A stretch of DNA of 64,000 nucleotides, taken from contig JAYWIR010000013.1 of the NCBI GenBank assembly GCA_036172245.1, positions 4,340,001 to 4,404,000 on the forward strand. The letters run 5' to 3'. The DNA comes from Raillietiella orientalis (Eukaryota). A model generated the notes under the pieces. It saw only the letters and a list, made by a program, of their open reading frames with translations, ran no database searches and was not told where the DNA came from. Below are positions 58,970-64,000 of the stretch, piece by piece. The position numbers and the translations under genes were made by a program. Position 1 is the stretch's first letter. Each line of letters opens with the position of its first letter.

Positions 58970-61900
58970 ATGGCCTCTTCCCTATCGACCGCCAGGAGGA
59001 TGAACATCGCCTTCTGGAACGTAAACGGTGTGGTCGACCAGGGAAAAAGAAGAAGGATTGTGCGGACCATCGCACAACAAGACATCGTGTGCCTGCAGGA
59101 GACCCCCAGGATGGGTTTCGAGATCAACCAGCGAATGGAACGGTGATTCAACGGGCAGATGTTCGTCAGCGAAGGAGAACGGAACACGAAGGGTGTGGCG
59201 GTGCTAATAAAGAACCACTTAGCCCCTACTATTCTGGAATTGTTCTGTCCCCAACCCGGACGAACCATCAGCGTGCGACTGGCCTGGTCCGCAACTGTTC
59301 ACCTTATCCTGGTGAACGTGTACGGGCCGCACAGGGTAAAACATCGTTGTGCGGAGGCGCTGCATGCAGCACTTCGGCAAAAGGTCGCCCCTAAGGACGT
59401 CGTGATTGTTGCTGGCGATCTCAACATCTTGGATGAGATCATTCATTCAGAAGACGTCAGAGGAGGGACGGCGTATCGACGGCTATCCGACGGGTTCGGA
59501 CTGGTCTGGCGAACAGCAAGCCACAAGACGATCGATCACGTCCTGCACAGCACCGAACTTGGGAACCGCATCCAGGGGTTTCGCGACACTAAGACTACGG
59601 TGTCCGATCACCCCCTGGTGCGGTTTTCCCTAAGAACGGAGAATCCTCGGCGGAAGCAAGGCACCAGGGCGGCGCTCATCAGCATGCCCGCCTGGTTTGA
59701 AACCCATTCCTGACTTCAGGCTGTCCTGGAGGCGATTCTGAGGGCAACAACAATCCGAAGAGTCGCCGACTGGGACAGCCTGAAACACAGGATACATCTG
59801 TTTGCGAACATGCAGTTCGGGGATAGGCGTTGAGGCAAGAGGCGTACCGGGAGCTGAACATCCAAGATCGCTCCCTCTCAAAGTACTTCGATCAGTACGA
59901 GAGTCGGTACGTCCTCAACAACATAAAAGGGAAAGTCGGCGTGCTGGAGAAGAGAAATCTGGCAACAGATATCTTCTGCATCCAGTACGACGGCCAAAAG
60001 CGACAGTCGTCTGAGGACATCGTGGATGCCTTTCACAGGCATTACACGAAACACTTCAGGCGACAACAGCTGTGTCGCTCTAGTCAACAGGCCTTCTTGA
60101 GCTATCTCGAGAAGAGGACCGACGACCTCCAGCGGAACAGAATGAAGGAGGAGTTCTCCAAAAAAGAGGTGAAGGCTGCGTTTGGGCAACTTCGCAAGGA
60201 CGTGGCAGCGAACCCTGACAGTGTACCCATCACGCACTATCAGCGGTACCTGCACGCCTACCTGCGCTTGTTCCACCAGTTGACCCTCTGCATCCGGGAA
60301 GAAGGCAGACTACCTCAGTCCTTCTACGAGAGTCGGATGAGATTGCTGCCGAAAGGAGGCGACTCTACCCAGATCGCTTAATGGAGGCCAATCTCGATCC
60401 TAAACTCCAATGCCAAGTGGTTGGCGAAGATCTGGTCCAACCGCTTAGGCAAGGTCATGTCGAGGCTGATCTCTCCGGTCCAGACATGTGCAGTCCCAGG
60501 ACGACACATGTCGGACAATGTCAAGTGTGCCCAGGCCACTGTTGGACTCAGTCGATACGTCGACGAGAACCTGGTGCTGGTGTTCACTGACATGGAGAAG
60601 GCCTTCGACTCCATCGACCACGGGATGCTGCTGAAGGTTCTGGAGAAGCTAGGGCTTCCGGAACACTTCAGCAGCTTCGTGAGGGCGGTACTCCAGAACC
60701 AGTACTGCCGGATCAAGATCAACGGCCAGGAGACGGCAGCAATCAGGATGGAACGAGGAGTCCGACAGGGCGACTCGCTAAGTCCGATGCTGTTCGTCAT
60801 CTATCTGGAGGCGTTGTCGTCCTTTATCGAGAAGAGCGGACGACTAAGCGGGATTACCATCGATAGCCAGCGTCTTACCCATCTGGCATACGCCGATGAT
60901 CTACTCTTCTTCATCAAGGGAGAGAAAAATTAGCGTGCGTTTCTGGATGTGGTGGACCTGATGGAACAGGGCTTGGGCTTAAAAATCAATTCCCAGAAGA
61001 GCCAGCTTTTGCCCGTTGGAATCCTGAACCTCTACACTCTAACGGGTAGTGAATTCCGTACGGTGGACACGGCCAAGTACCTGGGAGTCTACATCGGCGA
61101 CGGCTCTGCGTCGAAGCTGCTGTTGAAGGAAATCCTGGTCAAAACGGCCAAGGAAGCAGCCAAGTACACCCGAACGGACCTTGGGATGAAGCGAAAGGCC
61201 AACATATGGAACGGAGTACTCCTTCCAAAAGTGCTCTTCGGGGCGGCCTTCGCGAGGATGAACAAGGACACTACTAGGGAGTTCGACAAGCTGCAAAGAA
61301 AAACACTCTGGGGCCACTATCGCCCAAGAGTAAGACTGAAACCCCTGTGTCGTCCCAGGGAAGAAGGCGGTTCCGGGATAAAGTCGCTTGCACATTCCAT
61401 GGAAATCATGGATACGCGACACATCCTGGACATTGCCACTCACTGGGATGACTGGCCGTATGCGGCGCACAGGGCCTACGCGTTGTTGCTTAACAACTCG
61501 AAAGGCCTGATGACTGCGCTGCTAGGCAAAGTAGGGGAATGGATAACAATCGATCCGACCTGGAGGAGGAAGCAACGGCTGGTGCGGAAGCACCAAATCA
61601 AGATCGTGCCGCGAAGCAGGGAACTCTGGCAGGACGAGTCCTTCCTGGTGATCCCTTGGATGCTTCCTGTCCCGCCGGACACGAAAAGCTGGATCTACCA
61701 GCGGTGCAGAGTTACCCTACTGCAAATCCAGGAGTGGAGGCGAGGAGGCTACCTACATCAAACTCGTATACTTCGGTATACAGAGATGATGTTAGGAAGG
61801 TTTACCCACAGGACCCGCGAAGTGTGGTTCAACCACAACGACTTCGCATGGTCGAGGGTAACCAGAACAAACCTCCGAAGGCTTATCCAAGAAAACGACC

Positions 61901-62487
61901 GTGACACCAGTGCCTTCCAGGAAGCCACCGAACGCTACGGGGGTGAACGGTTCAACCTGTTAGCGATCGGCACGACGCTGTGGAGGAGTGACCTTCCGTC
62001 GGGCACCCAGGATGACCTCCTGATGTTTTATCACGGAGGAATCCAGAGTGGGTCCCGATTGCAGCACTTCACAGGAAGACGGGAAGACCGAGACTGCGCA
62101 GCATGTGGAGACGACGACACGAGACTTCACGTCTTGACGTGTCCCACACTGCTGCATGACTGGCTGATCCTGAAAAGGATCATAATACTTACCAACAAGT
62201 CCGTTATGGAGATCCTCGCCGGGATGTTTCATGGGGGTGGTAATGTTCCCTGTTACAATCCCATGGTGAGGACGACCATAGCCCCCTTCATCACCGCCAT
62301 ACTTGTGCGGTGGTGGAAAATGAGGAAAGCCAGAAGAGCCGCACCACCGATGGAGATCCTACAAGGGCTCTTGAAGAGGGAAATCGGCATCAGGAACTGC
62401 GGGAATATCCACGCCTGGACGTACCGATTCATCCTGAAGAGGATCCAGGACGACGCCCGGGACCATCCAGCTGGAATTCCCCCCTGA
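58970..62487 (+). pseudogene. F1 ORF2 APE-RT-Zn finger with several stops and frameshifts
   Basis: FWNVNG, AGDLN, SDH, DMEKAFD, YADD, KYLG, CAACGDDDTRLHVLTC. Confidence 0.92.
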
Positions 62488-62621
62488 AAAGCAGAACTCT
62501 AGTGCAACCCAAGGATACTTAAGTGCAAAATGTTTGTATTGAGTGAATGAGGGTGCGAATGTAAATATTGTATTTTTATAGAAAAATAAACTTATCCCAC
62601 CCCTTGCGGGACTTGGGGAAA

Positions 62622-64000
62622 CTTGGCGATCGTGAGAGGCGCTGCCTCTTGCAGATTGGAGAATTCGCTCGTGGCCTTTGCGACCGCTGGGGCGCTGCTG
62701 TAAAGGTTGTACTCTCCTTAGCGGTTTCTTCCATGGCCGCAGTAAGCGCTGCGTCCGCGAGCGAGGTTTGCGAGTTTTTCGGCTGTTTCTTCGCGGTACT
62801 CGGCGTTTGGAGCACCTTGGCCGCTGTAGGTTTAGCCGGCACGGAGTTCTTTGCCCGCGGGCGCGATTTTCTTGTATCGGGCGAGCGACCACATTCCTGG
62901 CCACTAGCCGAGGCCTTGATAGTAGGCTTTGCGGTCGCGATGCCGACAGTGGGAGGCTTCTTCCCCTTCGGCGCACTCTTTCTTGCATTGGAAAATTCGC
63001 TGCGAGGTCTCGGTGAGATCTCGCATTGCTCGCGAGCTTCTCTCGTCTCGGTAGCCTAAGGCTACGCCGGGACGCGTTTTTTCATGTTTTGCTCCCCAAT
63101 TTTGTGGAGGGGAGAAGGAGTTTTCTGCTCATGCGCGCTCACGGTTTTTGCAACGCTCTCCGAAGTTTCGAGGTTTTTTTTCTCTCTATTCGCGGCGTTT
63201 ATTTCGCAATGCGTTACGCGCTTCGATCTTGCGCTTTTCGTTTTTCAAAAGGAGCTCCGAACGCGTCTCTTTTGTGTGCCCGGGCTCGTGGCAGTAACGG
63301 CAAGCGGCCGAGGGACACTTCGTAAGGCAGTGTCCCTCCTGCCCGCATTCCGCGCACGCAAGCGTTTGCCCCGCAAACCACAGGCAGGGACGGTCATTCC
63401 ATCCACCCGCAGTCGCGCGGGCATTGCGCAGCGATCCGCCATCATCACGCGCACCTGCACGAGCCCGCTGTGATGGTCTTCGAAACCCTCACCAGGGTTT
63501 GGCAACCTCCAAAGCGCGTGAACGGAGGCGAATTTTTCAAGGACCTCCACGACCTGGCGGTCCGAAAAACCCTTGCTCACTTCACTCAGCCGGACAACGA
63601 ACGACTGATCTGATGTGGTGGGGAGTATTTCCTGCCCACGAATGAGCAGCGGCGTGTGCAGCAAACGCGGCGTAATGAGAGCGTTTTTAGTGGACACCTC
63701 CCAGTAGCCGCACCCACTCTTGGGAATGAGGGACTCCAGCTGGACTCTCTGAACTCCAATCCGTTGGAGTTCCTGACCTAACTCGCGCCCAACCCGCTCA
63801 GGCGTAAGGACACTTACCTTATACCTGAGTGCAGGCGTGTAGGCATTTGCTACATACGCCTGCAGCTCAAGGCTGTCGGGCGAAGTTCTTATTGTAGCCG
63901 CGAGGGCAGCTACCTGGGCAAACTTCCTCGACGGCGGCGAGGACAGTGGCTCGTTGCTAGCAGCCGAAACCACCATCTCAGGAGCAGGTGACGTTCCCTT
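62622..64000 (-). mobile_element. F2 LINE 5' part (disrupted ORF1); runs off the window
   Basis: YTPALRYKV...FASVHALWRLPNP, homologous to 26539-25900 and 38283-38945. Confidence 0.88.

Larger units (their letters stand above)
57061..62621 (+). mobile_element. Apparently full-length F1 LINE
   Basis: Short 5' UTR, open ORF1, ORF2 with stops, AT-rich 3' UTR ending AATAAA (62585) plus a C-run/G-run stem. Confidence 0.92.

Noticed and set aside
57040..62640. TSD around the F1 element joining the two flanking F2 ORF1 fragments
   Set aside because: No exact duplication was found and the flanks do not join cleanly; they are probably different copies.
1..64000. Prokaryotic RT systems (retron, group II intron, DGR, CRISPR-RT) or LTR elements
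   Set aside because: Every RT is fused to an N-terminal APE and preceded by a zinc-knuckle ORF1; no integrase, protease, LTRs, cas genes or template/variable repeat pair was seen.
1..64000. Telomeric retrotransposon array (HeT-A/TART type)
   Set aside because: Orientations are mixed, insertions are internal with a TSD, and no telomeric repeats were seen.
1..64000. Strict sequence-specific target site
   Set aside because: Bases after the 3' ends vary (often CC or AT after a few A's), and sites fall in ORF1, APE, linker and RT; at most a weak preference.

Overview
The window is eukaryotic repeat DNA. Almost all of it (only about 4441-4925 and 5330-6430 excepted) is a dense, mixed-orientation nest of about 22 segments of non-LTR retrotransposons of the L1/Tx1-like type. 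ORF1 has an RRM-like region, CCHC zinc knuckles and a disordered tail. ORF2 has an APE endonuclease, a reverse transcriptase (YADD) and a C-terminal CxxC...HxxxxC finger. By eye there are four families. F1 is the most distant (1-4440 and 57061-62621). F2 has ORF1 'PALRYKV', F3 has ORF1 'PSLVYQVG', and F4 has ORF1 'PLLYKVG/LLFYKVG'. No convincing host gene, RNA gene or CRISPR array was found, and no copy has both ORFs intact as given. The elements insert into one another; one insertion has an exact 9-bp target-site duplication. They lack poly(A) tails and instead end in a shared AATAAA plus GC stem-loop (CGCCCCGG-N4-6-CCGGGTG), seen 10 times. Full-length F2-F4 5' ends share a GGACGTG(T/C)TTT motif. 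ORF1 and ORF2 are coupled by TAATG/TGATG overlaps, with an ATG-less variant in F3. An 11-15 kb inversion between two inverted F3 copies can be reconstructed. The overall picture is a self-targeting, Zepp-like LINE cluster and a candidate centromere or heterochromatin block; that functional role is inference only. Boundaries were read by eye and are approximate unless an exact motif is quoted.
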